A DNA stretch of 63,465 bases, filler included, from Cercozoa sp. M6MM (taxonomy: Eukaryota; Protista; Endomyxa: Ascetosporea), in assembly GCA_040357565.1 (NCBI GenBank). It is 15 parts of 15 records of this genome, joined end to end, with 100 filler letters (N's around TTAATTAATTAA, not from the genome) between each part and the next. Parts side by side here need not be neighbours in the genome. Positions count along the whole stretch, not along the records: positions 34,365 to 42,471 come from JBDODJ010000568.1; positions 42,572 to 45,065 come from JBDODJ010001754.1; positions 45,166 to 52,152 come from JBDODJ010000672.1; positions 52,253 to 59,875 come from JBDODJ010000610.1; 11 more parts are not named here. The stretch is one strand, 5' to 3'. Of this stretch, positions 38,257-52,384 are shown piece after piece. The notes under the pieces were generated by a model. That model was not told where the DNA came from and searched no databases. It worked only from the letters and a program-made list of their open reading frames with translations. Made by a program: the position numbers and the translations under genes. The stretch's first letter is position 1. Every line of letters begins with the position of its first letter.

Positions 38257-41200
38257 TTAAGCCGCCTGTTCGGCAGCGTCGAGCACCTGCAGCTGTCGCA
38301 GCGACGTGCCGAGCTCGGCGATCTGCGCCTGGTACTCAGCCAGCTTGGCCTGGTCCTGCAGCTTCTGCGCCTCGGGCGCCTTCTCCATGTACTTGGCGTT
38401 CTGCATGCGGCAAAGCATCTCAGAGCGTGAAACACAGAGTGTGTGCGCGTACCTGGAACTTCTTCTCGAGCTTCTCGCAGATCTTCTGCAGCTTGGACTG
38501 CTTCTTGGCGACCTTCTTGATCTCGGCGGCCACGTTGAGACCACAGCCGGCCACGTGCGTGTACCTGAACGGAGATCAAAATGAAAAGGACGGGGAATAG
38601 GGGGGGCAGGGAGCGAGGCTACAGCGACAGCGACGACGACACCACCGAGAGCGCGCACTGGCGCAGACGTTCGTCGCTCTCGTCGGTGAGCACCTCGAGC
38701 GACGACGCCGACGCCAGCGTCGACACCGAGTCCGTGAGCGGCGCCAGTTGCGTCGCCATCTCCTCGCTCTGGCACAGCGCGAACAGCTGCGGACGCAGCC
38801 TGCTCAGTCACACACCGACGTACACCTACCACCTGCTATATGCCCCAGTGCCAACTACTTATTGTCCAGGTTGAGCGACTCGCGCGTCGAACGCGCCGCA
38901 CCGGCCACCTTCTGCTCAAACACAACACCAGTACATCAACAAACCAAGAACACGGAACAGGTAGGGAAGGGACAGAGCAAGCGTGTACCTGGGCCAGAGC
39001 AAGCGATGCCTCGGCAGCGTCGTCGACAAGCGACGCCCACTGCGCCGACTGCGGGTACGTCTCCAGCATCAGCGGCGCCGCCTCGGCACGCTACAACATA
39101 ACACCATATGTACACACACACATGCGCGCAGACACACATACACACATAGAATAGCACAGAAGCTACCTTGGGCAGGAAGTGGTACAGCTCCTCTGCAGAC
39201 ACAACGTAGATTACACAACACGAGGAGAATAGAGAGTCTCTACCAGTCACGAAGGGCATCATCGGGTGCATCAACAGCAGCGACGTCTCCAGGCACAGGA
39301 ACAGCGTCTGCACACAGACATCAGCCCAATGGCATTAAGGGCACAATGGCATCACACCCCAGCACAAAAACACAGAGCAGGGAGGAGGCAACCTGCTGAG
39401 CGGCCAGCTGGGCGGCCGGCGAGCCCGACGTGAACACCGGCTTGAGCAACTCGAGGTACACGTCGCACAGCTCCGTCGTGAAGAACTGATGTATACTCAT
39501 ACCCATAGAGACACGTACAATACCTCAGGTACAAGGAGTCTACCTGGTACACAGCCGACGTCGACTCGGCAAAGTGGTACGTCTCAAAGGCCGTGTTCAC
39601 TGCATACAGATATGCAAAGGGACACACCAACGAGAAGGCGAATAACACCAGTCTCGACGCACTTGGCCAGACGCGACAGGATCCACCTGACAGCACACAA
39701 GGTAACGAGGGGGGGGGGGCCAAAATGTTTGGTAAGCAATGACACTTGTCCGCAACGGAAAGCGTCGACGTGTCGAGCTCCTCGACAGCCACTACACATC
39801 CGAGAATAACACATTTCGAGAATAACACATCCGAGAATAACGGGGCCGGGGGGGGGGGGGGGGGGTAAAGCTACCCGGCTCGAAATCCTCGGCAAAGTTG
39901 CGCAGTGAGAAACGCGTGGCGTTCCTGTGAAAGGCGAAAGGGTTTTACAGAGGTGTCGGCGGAGAAGGAGGAATGGTAACTACCAGATCTTGTTGCAGAA
40001 GTGACGCGTGCCAATGACGCGGTTAATGTTGAGGTTCACATTGCGGCCGGTTGGCGTTGTGAACTCCTATTATGGGGAGAGGGTAACGGGAGTAGGGTGG
40101 GGAGGGGAGGGGTAAGAACAAGCGCTACCAGCAGGCCGAAGCGCAGTGCATCGGCACCGCAGGTCGGAATGCCCTTGGGGAATTCCTTCTTCTTGGCCTT
40201 CTGTGCCTTGACGACCTCCTTCTCGGGCAGGTTGCCGTTCTCCAGCTCCGACAGCAGCGTCTCCAGCGACACACCTAACAACATACCGTTGGGTAACTGA
40301 TGTCGGGGTGGGGCAAAAACATACCGTTGATGATGTGCAGCGGGTCGATGACGTTGCCCTTGGACTTGGAAATCTTGGCGCCGTCCTTGTCGCGCACCAG
40401 CGGGTGCAGGAACACCTGCTTGAACGGCAGCTGCTCGGTCAGCATGATGCCCATCATCACCATGCGCGCCACCCAGAAGAACAGAATGTCGCCGCCCGTC
40501 TCCAGCAGCGTGTTCGGGTAGTACTTCTGGAAATCCACGCCTACACAAACAACATACAAATGTCCTCAATACAGACGTCCTCAAGTTAGGTCTTAAAGAA
40601 CTGCTTACTGTCCTGCTCCGGCCAGCCGAGCGACGAGAACGGCAGCAGGCCTATTCAAATACAACACACCTCACACTCACACACTCACACTTGAATCAAA
40701 GCAGTTTGCACAACAAGAAAGCAATTCTACCCGACGAGAACCACGTGTCCAGCACATCCGGATCCTGCTCTAGCTGCAGCTCGCGGCCCGGGAAGCGCTA
40801 CACCAAGAAAGACAATTTTAAAAAAACAAGTTAGTCCTAACATTAAAAAAACTCCGAAAATGACAACTGAACGGCGAAAACCTTGCACATACCTCAGAGG
40901 CGATCTTCAAGGCCTCCTGCTCGTCGTGGGCAATGACCCAGTGAGTCTGATCACAGTCATCTTCCGCGCGGACGCCTGCAGACACAAAAATAAAAACGGC
41001 AAAGACACGACCAAGATCATGAAGCTTTTCGTCTACCGTCAACAATGACGCGCCACGCCGGGATGCGGTGACCCCACCTTTGTAAAAAACAAACATGATA
41101 GATTTTCAGTTCGCTTTCTCAGATAACCAATCGAGAAGAAGAATTGGCCAAAACAAATCTACCAAAGCTGACGCGAGACGCACCACGGGCGGATCTTGCC

Positions 41201-42169
41201 AAGCCTGCGAATCCGAAAACACTCCGATGCACGGAAACACAGAAAAAAAAAGTGGCCAAACCAAGTGTGCACAAAGTCACGCTTGCCAGTGTCCTAAGGA
41301 TATCCACAGGTGTCAGGTGGTTGCAAGGCAACCCCACATATCCTTAACGGCATGTACAGGCGAGATCTGCAAGTCGCCCGACTCGACGTAGCTGAAAAAA
41401 GGTTGAAATCCACGAACACGCACACGCAGTGGGCAGAGCACAGAGTGAGACTTACTCGATGGCGCGGGCAGCAGCGTCGGCGCAATCGACGTACCTTTAA
41501 AGAGTTTGACAAAGATAAAAAGTGAGACAAAGATAAAAAGGCCAGACGCAGAACAGAGCGAGTGAAAGCTGTACCACTGCGGCTTGACGCGCGGCTCGAT
41601 GACGTCGCCCGAGCGTGAGCAGACCGGGAGCTCCATCTCGTTCTTCTCCTTGCCCATGAAGAGACCCTCGGCCTCGAGCGCCTCGATGATCTTGTAGCGC
41701 GCGTCAAAGCGCATCATGCCGGCGAAACTACGTCACACAGAATTAAGGCTGCGTGAGTTTAGTTAAGGGGGCACACAGAGTACCGGCCGCCGTTGTCGTT
41801 GATGCGACCGTCGTCGGTCAGAACGTCGATCTGCTCGAGGTTGTGACGCTTGCCGCACCTGGGGATTGTTGTGTCAGTGGATTTTGTGTCAGTATTTGTG
41901 TCAGTTGCAGGGGTAGGTGTGTGAGGGGGTTAAGTCTCAAGCTACTCAAAGTCATTGTGATCGTGAGCCGGAGTGATCTTGACACAGCCTGTGCCGAACT
42001 CCATGTCCACCAGTTCGGCATCCGTGATGCTGCGCCATAGGTAGGGGGTAGACAGGAGAGTGGGGGCAAGGGGGGCAAGAAATACATCGGGATCTGCCGA
42101 TCGCAGAACGGGTGCTGCAGCAGCTTGCCGTGCAGGTGCTTGTAGCGCTCGTCCTCCTGTACAAAGCGG

Positions 42170-42206
<37 letters not shown>

Positions 42207-42372
42207 AGACAGGAACACGGCCTACCGGATGCACAGCGACAGCAACGTCACCCAGCATGGTCTCGATACGCGTCGTACCCTTAAAAAACGCAGTCTTAAA
42301 TAAGACCGACCCTCTCTCAGTCCAAATGTACCACAATGACCATCTCCTCCGGGTTGTCCACCAAACGGTAGG
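38257..42372 (-). CDS. VARS1: Valyl-tRNA synthetase (5' partial, more than 25 introns)
   Basis: [81 protein letters not shown] and a C-terminal coiled coil. Confidence 0.97.
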
Positions 42373-42571
42373 CTGCACCGTACACACACGGGTAAATCGA
42401 AGTAAAGAAAGGGGCAAACACGGGGAAAGAGGGGGGTAAACAGGAGGGTACAGGGAGGGTAAAGAGAGGGTNNNNNNNNNNNNNNNNNNNNNNNNNNNNN
42501 NNNNNNNNNNNNNNNTTAATTAATTAANNNNNNNNNNNNNNNNNNNNNNNNNNNNNNNNNNNNNNNNNNNN

Positions 42572-42616
<45 letters not shown>

Positions 42617-42684
42617 ATATGGACTGTCCATGTGTATATAGTCTAGATGTACATGTGTACAGTCCATATTTACGCCAATGGTAG

Positions 42685-44200
42685 GTACGAACGCATCTTT
42701 GAGACGCTCAGTTTCGCGTGCGGCGACCGTCGCACCGTCAATCCGCGTGCTGTCAATTTGATGCTGCAGAGGTTGTTTTTGCCCTTTTACTCCCTCTTTA
42801 CTCCCTCTTTACCCCCTCTTTACCCCCCTCTTTACCCCGCTCTTTACCCCCTCTTTACTTCCTCTTTATTCCTTGTTTTCCCTTGGTATTCCCACTGTAC
42901 AGAAGTAGGTCGTTTGGAACGCAAGTGTTGCACTCGATTCTCACGTTGCCGGATGTGCGTATCACTGTAATCCGCTGTTTACCTCTCCCCCCCCCCCGTT
43001 TTCCCCCCGGGTACCCCCCCCCCCGTTGGCAGAAGTCGTCAGTGAGCGAGCGTGTGCGACAGATGCTGCCGTCGCAGAGTGCCTTCTTCCTGGAGGAGAG
43101 CGACCCTGGAAAGGTGGCCGTGGGCGGACACCGCGTCGTGTGCGACGTGCCGTCGCTGCGTCGACTTCAGCGGCGTCGCAGTCAGCACATGCTGGGTGAT
43201 GACGCTACCCAGGGGACCGGCAGAGTCATTGTGCCGCAGGTGAGTTTTACTCCTGCTCTTTTAACCCTCCCCTTTACCGCCTCCCCCAATTAAATAGACC
43301 GTCCGGGAAGATGCGCACTTGCTGACGGAAGTGTGTCCTAAGATTCGACTCTACCGGCACAAGGTACACCTACATTGCCCTGCTTTATTTCCCCCTTACC
43401 CATCGCTTGCCGCCCGCAGGATTGCACGGAAGTGAACAACGAAAAAGTGCCGACTAGCGTTGATTTCCGACTGTGGATTGGGTGGCTTTACCCCTTTAAC
43501 CCCCTAATCCCCTGTAACCCCTTAATCCCCTTTAACCCCCTTAATCCCCTTTAACCCCCTTAATCCCCTTTAACCCCCTCAACTACCTCTTTTGACCCCC
43601 TTTACCCACAGAATGGAACGAAAGGGTCACCTCGCTCGGATGCGCTTCGTCGACGCCGTCGTTCGGCACACGTTTGCTTTGTTGGTAACTTTACCCCCCC
43701 CCCCCCTCTACACCCTTTACCCCGCCCACCCCCCCTTTACCCCTTGCTCTTTACCCCTTACCCTACCCCTTACCCTCCCCCCCCACAGGTACAGACGGCA
43801 CTGTTGCTGCGTCGAGGCGACAAAAGCGACGACTGCGTTGAAGCTGACGGTCGCTGCTTGTCGGCCAAGGAGGCCACGGCCGCCATCCGAGAGGTTGCCT
43901 CCTCACCCCCTTTCCTCTCTTTCCCCTTTACCCCTCCCCCGCAGTGCGAAAAGGCAGGCGTGTTCACGATCGACACGTCATTGCCCGAGCCAGTGGAAGT
44001 TGATACCAACAAGAAAAAGAAACGCACGAGGATTGTTGTGCAAGTACTGTCGATAGCAGCTTTTTTGTTTTTCATTTTTGTATTCTCTTGTTTAGGAACA
44101 ACCGGTCCCCGCGGACCAAGCTGAAGTGGAAACTGCTGAACCCAGTCCGAAACGGCGACGCACGAAGCAAGAAACTGTAGATGAAGATGATCTCCTGTAG
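42685..44200 (+). CDS. Hypothetical protein, probably nuclear (5' partial)
   Basis: About nine GT-AG-joined exons ending in NLS-like KKKKRTR and SPKRRRTKQETVDEDDLL*. Confidence 0.55.
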
Positions 44201-44349
44201 ATGAAGATCATCCCAACAACTTGAGTTGATAAAACACCACGCTGAGTTGAGACGGAATATTCGGCTAGAGTTAGATTTAGCCAGCGTACGCCGTGCCACA
44301 GGCCTACCACTAGTGGCACAACGTGTGTGCGCACGTTTGATAGGCCAAA

Positions 44350-44847
44350 ATGGACGCAGGCGAGATCGAGGCCATGGGCGCAGCGCTCGATGCGGCGCGA
44401 GAAGGTGCGCGATCGTGTGCTAATACAGTGTTCTATGGTTGTTGTGAGTATGAGCAGCTTTAATGACTGTTTTCAGATCTCCTGGGTGGCCAGTTGGACG
44501 CTGCTGACACAATTTTGGAGAAGGTGTGATAGCTTTGTTTTTCCTTCTTTCACAGTCGACACGCACTGTGCTGACAGACCTGGCGTCAGCTGAAAAATCA
44601 TGTGCGAGTTCGCGACCCGAAAGGTACCTCACCAAGAAAACACTCAGTTTTGTTTGCAGCTTGATGTTTCTGCCTGCGCAGAAGTGCCGAACATTCCGGA
44701 CGAGGTGACGCAGCTTGCGCTGGTACCTTGTTCTGTTCTGACAGGTTTGTGTTAATCCTGTTGACATTGTCGTGTGTTGTTGCGAAAACAGAGAGTGTGC
44801 GCACTCCGCATGCGTCTGTTCACGCATCAGCGCGACCGAGTGCAGCA
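44350..44847 (+). CDS. Hypothetical protein, N-terminal exons (3' partial)
   Basis: Five in-frame spliced exons: MDAGEIEAMGAALDAARE/DLLGGQLDAADTILEK/TWRQLKNH.../RVCALRMRLFTHQRD. Confidence 0.55.
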
Positions 44848-44860
44848 GTACAGATCCATT

Positions 44861-45065
<205 letters not shown>

Positions 45066-45419
45066 NNNNNNNNNNNNNNNNNNNNNNNNNNNNNNNNNNN
45101 NNNNNNNNNTTAATTAATTAANNNNNNNNNNNNNNNNNNNNNNNNNNNNNNNNNNNNNNNNNNNNCCACGCGGACGAGTCAGAGCAATGATTACTGAAAA
45201 TGTGCAGTAACAGATACAATAAGTAGTAAGTAACATCACATAGTAAGTAACATCCGGCCAAATTCCGTGAGTGTCTTGCTCCGTGAGTTTCTTGCTGTGC
45301 CGCCCGTATCGCGTACACTCGCCAGTCAAGTTTCGTTCGCTCTCGTCTCGCACCGATGCTCCATCGATTCAGTTCGTTTTCAGTCAGGCAGAGTTGGGCA
45401 GCCGTGTGCTCAGTTGGTT

Positions 45420-45822
45420 TCACTCTCGGTTCTGTGCCAGGAACTGCTCGAGTGCCTTTTCAAAGTTGCCGCCACTCTGCTGCATCAGCGCGACTGCCTG
45501 GTCTTGTGCGCAGCCCAATTCAACCTGCAACAGTTTGATCAACTTAATCACTGAAAGAAGCGCAGTGCATTAAGCGAACGCACCAGATTGGCGACATTGG
45601 CGTCCGGCACGAACTGTGGCACCTGCTGCTGCTGCGAGCCTTCCACATCGGCCTCGTTGTCGTCGTCGAACACGTGCACCGTGGCATGGAGCAGCGGGCC
45701 GAACGAGTGCCACTGCAGCGAGCGATCGTCCAGGTACGACAAGCGGTACGTCAGACGGCAACTATAGCCACGGTGATTCAATTCGAGCCAAGTGTGTGTG
45801 GTGTGTGGTGTGTGTGTGTGTG

Positions 45823-45880
<58 letters not shown>

Positions 45881-46377
45881 GAGTCAAAGGTACGTCGTGG
45901 CATGACGCGGCGTCGTCAGACGCACGTGGATTGGCACGACTTGCGCCGGGCGCACGATGCCATCACCGCCCAGGTTGAGTCGAATCTTGTCGTTCAGCGC
46001 GGCCAGTTGTTCGCTCAGTCCGTGCGTGTCCTGCAGCTCGAGTCGCACCTGCGTTGGCCAGTTGTCCAGAAACGACGTGTTCTTCACGACCCAGCCCTTC
46101 AGCACGCTGCCTTGAGAACGTCCGGTGCGCACATCCGCGCGGCCCTCGTGGCGCACGAAGCGTGCACGCTACACACACACTTCATCTCATGCAACTAAAC
46201 ACACGCACACGCACACACACACGCACGCACAAACAAGTCTCTGATACCGGAGTGCGCGTGAACAGATTCTCTAGTTTCTGCTGCTTCGGCTGCTCCACTT
46301 CGTTCGTCGCCTGCGGTGCCTGCTGCTGCTCCTACCAACACAAGACACAGACACAGTACAGACACGAAATACAACGA

Positions 46378-46426
<49 letters not shown>

Positions 46427-46436
46427 NNNNNNNNNN

Positions 46437-46513
<77 letters not shown>

Positions 46514-47653
46514 CTGCTGAGCAAAGAGTTTGCGAATGGACGAGGCCGTCTGCGCAAGCCACTTGGACAGGTCGAACTTCTCGCCGCTCGGCCAACGGTT
46601 GCCGGCAATCAGACGTGCCAGGAAACGGTCCAGCTCGATCTTGGGGGCCTAAGTTTCAATCAAGTGAAGAGTATGGAACGGTATGGGAGGATTTGAAGAG
46701 TATGGCAAGGTATGAAAGGATCTGAAGGCAAATACATTGAACAGACGCGCCAGCACAGAGAGCGCTGAGCAGAGTTGCGGACACTCGGTACGTACGGCGG
46801 CGAGGCCGCGACGCACGCACACGAGGATCTCCTCCTCGCTGAGCGCCAGGAAGTGGTCCTCCAGCATCTCCACCGACTCGCCCGACGTGTCGGCCTTGGC
46901 CAGCACGTTGGTGGCATCGCGCGACGCGAAGAACGGAAAGGCGTTGTTCACAAAGATCGACACGGCGTCCGTCAGCTGTAGTCGCTCAATCTCGCTGCAC
47001 AGAAGCGATGACACAACGATGCGTGCTTCGTTCGGCACATGTCGGTACAGTCCCTGCAAGAACTCGGCGCGTTCATTGTCTTCGACGGAAGCTTCGCTCT
47101 CGTCGATTGCTGATTCGGCCTCTTTCGGCCCTTCCTGCGACTCGTCGTCGATCTCGCCTGCAGCAGCTACGTCTGCTTCGACAGCAGACTTCAAAGCAGC
47201 GACTTCACCCTCGTCCTCAGCTTCCTTGTGCTCATCGACTTCCTCCGGGATCGAAAGGCCATCAATGTGAACTAGGAACTTGGGAGCACGATCCTCGCTT
47301 GCGAACACGTGCAAAACTTCCTGTGTGAGCAAAACAAACCGAGATCACGTAGCTGAGAAAAAACTCAGCAAACACACCTGCAACTCGGACGGACTTCCGA
47401 CTAGCACGTTATCGCCGTCCTCATCCTTGTAGATGAGTTTGGTGACCGTTCCAGGCGCTGCCAAGCGGCGGAGATTGTCGCACAGCTCGTCCCAAAGAGC
47501 ATCCTGGGCATAAATCAGGAATGTGAGAAAACTGAGAATTGACCCGAACTGACCCAAACCACAAGCCACACAAAACAAAACGCATACCTCATGCGTCTCG
47601 TTGAGCGAAAGGCGACGCCACTCCTGGCCCAGACGAACTTTGATCTTCAGCAT
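45420..47653 (-). CDS. NBR1-like selective autophagy receptor (PB1, FW/Ig-like and UBA domains)
   Basis: PB1 MLKIKVRLGQEWRR..LIYKDEDGDNVLV; FW domain VLKGWVVKNT..NWP..YRL..SFGPLL; UBA LVELGC..ALMQQSGGNFEKALEQF. Confidence 0.8.
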
Positions 47654-48015
47654 TGACTGTGACAGTTGTGGGTCGCAAAACAGAAAACTACACAAATGAG
47701 TTGTGGGACACTCTTGAGGCTAAATCTGATGAGCAGAAGCTTGCTGAGCACAATCTGCAGAATCCGATCGTGAGCATAAAAACGTGGCTACGGACAAGTC
47801 GATCGAAAAACCTATGACGGTTTATCTATCGTGCCCCTCTTTTTGCCAATCGGCTCCGGCGGCGCTTCCAACGTTTTCCAACCAGTAGCTGCTGCCACGG
47901 GCGCAGATTTCTGGTTTTGCGTCCACGAGACCTGACGTGCGCACGCTTCCCAATTAACTTTGGGGAAACGTTCAAAAAAAAAATCGACGAGTCAGAAGTA
48001 GTTGTGTGTTGAATA

Positions 48016-50359
48016 ATGTCGTCCGTCGAGCCACCGTTTCCGGACAGTACGGTCTTTCTTTTCGTACACGTCTAAGCTTTAGATTTCTGTGTTTAGTGCC
48101 GTCGCTGACACCGCAGCTTCGACCGTCTGCGAGTTCTTCTGTCTTGCAGACACTCCAAGCATTGCAACGTCACCTCGATATTGAGGTAAACGATTTGGCT
48201 TGTTGCAGAGTGTTTATAGGTGCGGTAAAAATACAGGGTGTTAATGTGCGCGATCTGATGATGCGTGAACACGGCTTCAGTCCCGACGAAGTCACGGTGA
48301 CTTGTTCTTTCCGTCAGTTCCGTCGTTTATCAGGCGTGTTTAATGCACAGAGAATGCACCCAACAGTGTCGAAACCACCTTCCGAAAACGGCGGCGAAAA
48401 ACGCAAACTCGTGTGTTTTCATTTCAAAACCACCCGATTTTTTCTTTTTGCAAATTGAGCTTTCGTTTGCAGCTCGTTCGGCTATTGCGTCATTTCTTGC
48501 GCTCATTTCTGCGAAGTTTCGCCGTCGGATGGACCTTCAAATCGACGCTTGGGTAGTCTAGGGTGTTCCCAGTTGGTTAATTGTGTTTCATGGTGTGAGT
48601 TGTGCAGACTGCTGGCAGGTCTGTTCAACAAGAAGGCGTTTCGCAAGGGCTACCTTCGTCGAGTGTTTCTGAGTGAGGACTCGCTTCGCTTTGGACAGTT
48701 CCTGGGACTCACCAATGCAATCTACCAGACCACTTGCAGGTCAGTTCGCTGCCTTGTTTTGCGTTCGTTTACTTTTCTTTTTCTGTTGTAGTGTGTTCGC
48801 TGAGTCATTCGGAAGTTGCTCCGCGCGGATGCATGCTGTGGCCGCAGCTTTGGCTTCGACCGCTCTGCTGGTGGATTCGCCGTCTCGTGCACCCACAGTA
48901 AGCTTAATTAGGTCTAATTAAGTCTGTGTGAGCGTATTCTGGGAGTAGCTTGGTGTCTACGTGCTGGTGCGTGCGTTGGACGAGCTGATTCGATTGCGCG
49001 TTCATGAAGGTTAATTTTGAGAGAGAAATTTCGAGAAACTGAAAGTTTCGCTGTGAAAAGCAAAGTTTAACGATTGTTTCGGCTGCTAAAACAGGTCGCT
49101 GGCGTCGCGTGCCGCACTTCGTGTCGATCGTATTCGCGTTGTGCCAAGCGCCGATCATGTATGCCTACCTGCTGCGACCGGGTGCTTTGGACCGTGCGTA
49201 CTACCGCTGGATCCTCCGCATGGGCAACTCGACCGACAAACAGCACGAGCAGATTCACCGTTGCACGGATCGATTCGTGCCCTGTCGTAAATCACATGAG
49301 CTTTCTTTTTTCTTTGATTCGTTCATCGTTGGGTTTGTTTGTTGGAGTGCAGAGAACTTGATGCACAAGGGACCGTGCTGGAAGTATCATGTGCGCGACT
49401 GGCTGTATCCTTGTGTCTTACCTTGTCACCTACGTTCCCTACCCCTTCTCCTACCCCTTTTCCTACCCCTGGTGACAGAGCAGGCGTGTCGCGTGGTCTG
49501 GGCATTTATATTCCGGTGCACTTTCTGCCGACGGCGCTGTTCCGTCCGCAGGTGCTGCTGGCACAGCCGGGTGTCATCGTGTCGCGCGTGCTGTCCAACG
49601 CCTTCTGGTCGTCGCTCTTTATCACGTCGTATCAGGTAATCCTACCTGTGTCCGATATCTCACTAGCTTGATAATCTGTGTGCAGACTGGCATGAAAACT
49701 GTCGTGTGTCACACGCGCAATCTGCTGAAACGTGATCCGGTACTCCCTTGAATATGTGTCAGCTTTCAATGTACAACTAGTTAAGCTGGCTTACACGTAG
49801 TGGTATGAGCCTGTGCTGGGTGGTCTGGTTGCCGGCTCGGCCATCCTGATCGAAGACCCGCGACGTCGCAGCGAGTTGACGCTGTACGTGTTGCCGCGTG
49901 CACTGCAGGTGCTGCTCAATCTGAGTCCACGACTGAGTCGTCTAACTCGCCGTCTGGGACGATTTGTACGCTTTGTTTCTTTTTCCGTGTACCCAAACGA
50001 GCCTCCAAACTACCTCCCACCTTCAGGGACCCTGGGCTATGTTCTGCATCGGCCTGTCGCTCTTCATGTACGTGCGCAACCGACGCGTCAAGACGGCGAT
50101 GCTATTCCCGACGACGTCTAGCACCAGCGCCGACAGTAGTGACCAGTCCGAAGATAAGGCCGAGAAGAAACGACCGAGTGCGCGCTCGCGCGCCTCGCGA
50201 CTGCTGCGCGCAGCGCTGCACCTCGTGGCACGCCAGGGACAGCCGCTGCCCACGATCGCGAGTGCCGAGCACTACCACCGACGCATGCGCAAGATGAACG
50301 GCACCGTGCTCGATGTCGTGTTCGGCGCGCCACTCAAGCGACACGACGTGCTGGACTAA
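48016..50359 (+). CDS. TMEM135-family (Tim17-like) membrane protein
   Basis: FLRSFAVGW, DSLRFGQFLG, YVLVRAL, APIMYAYLLRP..YYRWI, IYIPVHFLP and GGLVAGSAILIEDPRRRSELTLYVLPRAL. Confidence 0.85.
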
Positions 50360-50680
50360 CTGAACTCATCGCAGAATTGTCACCGGTGTCAGCATTCGTG
50401 CTGCTGCTTTGCGTTGTCTGTGGGTCGAAGCCTCGGAGGAGTAAACTGGCAGATCGAGTCGAGGCTTTTTTTTTCATTCCGAAACGAAAATCCATCCACT
50501 CCACTGAATACCTTCAACTTCGTTCATATACCGTACCTGTATTAATAAAATGATGCTCACATTAATCTTTACGTTTAATGGCTATCCTACGTCCTAACCG
50601 CAATCAGTATGGGAGAGCAGCCATACATCCATGTACACCTACGGTAGGGTTGAATCCGGAGACTAAACTAACTCGATTAA

Positions 50681-51920
50681 CTACTCGCTGTGGTCACTGT
50701 CGGACTGATCAGACTGCAGGTCGGACGGCAAGTCGGAGTGCTCGAGACACCAGAGGCGAATCTGGCGTCGCAGCTGCGGCACTTCCTCGACCTCGTCGAG
50801 TCGCAGCGGCACGCGGCAGAACGGGTCGTTCGGTGTCTGTTCACATAATATATTTATATATATACATACAGATATATATATATATATAGATAGATATATA
50901 TATATATATATATCGATATATATATTTTATCTATATAGACATAGACATACTGATACCTGCGAGGACAGCAGATGCCGCAGCAGCGTGTCTCGATCGATCA
51001 CCTGCCGTGACGCCGGCAGTCGCACCGGGTCGCGCATCAACTGTCCCAGGGGGGTAAAGAAAGGGTAAAGTGCGAGGAGGGTATAAACGCGCACCTCATC
51101 CGTCAGCGGGTCCACGAAGTGCGCCGGCGGCGTTCGCGAATCCGCCGCGCTCCGCCTGCACTCGCACAGATACCAACAACAACATACAACAAACAACAAC
51201 AACAACAACAACATACAACAAACACAACAAAAAAGAAAAACAACAAGAAGAAAAAACAACAAAAAAGAAAAAACAACACCAAAAAAAAACAAAAAAGAAA
51301 AAACAACACCAAAAAACAACACCAAAAAACAACAAACAAAAAAAAACAACAACAACAAACAAAGTTGTTGTTGTTGTATTTTTCCAAGGTACTCTGCCTG
51401 ATCCATCGAAGTCTCCAGTCGCGCGAATTCGTGCAGCACTGCGTCAAGCCAGAGTTTTACCCCCCTGTTTACCCCCCTCCCCTTCCCCTGTTTACCCCCC
51501 TCCCCCCACCCTCTCCTGAAAAAAGCGGCCCTACAGAAGACTCCTCTGGTGACGAGCATGGCGTGACTCGGTCTCACCTGCCAAAAACAACAACAACAGT
51601 GACCGCAAAAACAACAAAACCGACCTGCTTGTTCGCACCTGTCGCTCCGGTCGCAACAGAGTTCGCGCCGTCACCTGCCACACCGCCGCTCTCTCTGCCC
51701 GCAGGGGGGTAAGGGGGGGGGGGTAAGGGGGGTAAAGGAGGTATGGTAGTAGGGTACAAACCCACCTGCAGCCACATTTCGACACTGCGCGATCACTTCG
51801 TCGCGTCTGCACCCATCCGCGCGGACACATTTGAATACGAAAAATACAGAAAAGAGAAAAATAAACAGATACGACAGCTCCGTTCGCGAGCGCTCTTTTT
51901 CGATCGCCGATTCCACCAGC
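50681..51920 (-). CDS. U-box ubiquitin ligase (UFD2/UBE4-like), C-terminal part
   Basis: PPAHFVDPLTDE/LMRDPVRLPASRQVIDRDTLLRHLLS..NDPFCRVPL..VPQLRRQIRLW. Confidence 0.88.
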
Positions 51921-52384
51921 TGTTTTTTCAGACAGGCAGGTTAACAGGGGGGTAAATAGGGGGTAAATAGGGAGCAAAAAGGGGAGTAATAAGGGGGTAA
52001 GGTGAGTAAAAAGGGGGTGTAAAAAGGAGAGTAAACAGGGATTAAAGGGGAGTAAACAGGAGGTAAACAGGGGATAAACAGGAGGAAAAAACAAGCAAAA
52101 AGGGGAGTAAAAAAACAAGCAAAAGGGGGCAAATAGGGGGGGGGGGGGGGGGNNNNNNNNNNNNNNNNNNNNNNNNNNNNNNNNNNNNNNNNNNNNTTAA
52201 TTAATTAANNNNNNNNNNNNNNNNNNNNNNNNNNNNNNNNNNNNNNNNNNNNTAAACAGGGGGGTAAACAGGGGGGGGTAAATAGGGGGGTAAACAGGGT
52301 GGTAAGCAGTGGGTAAACAGGGGGTGAACAGGGGGGTAAACAGGGGGGTAAACAGGGGGGGTAAACAGGGGGGTAAAGACATAG

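Noticed and set aside
40361-40380. KISKS instead of KMSKS in ValRS
   Set aside because: A conservative variant with the catalytic lysine kept; no evidence of inactivation.
48400-48470. Possible GC-AG or other non-canonical intron in TMEM135
   Set aside because: An in-frame GT donor (KRKL/gtgtgt) explains the junction.
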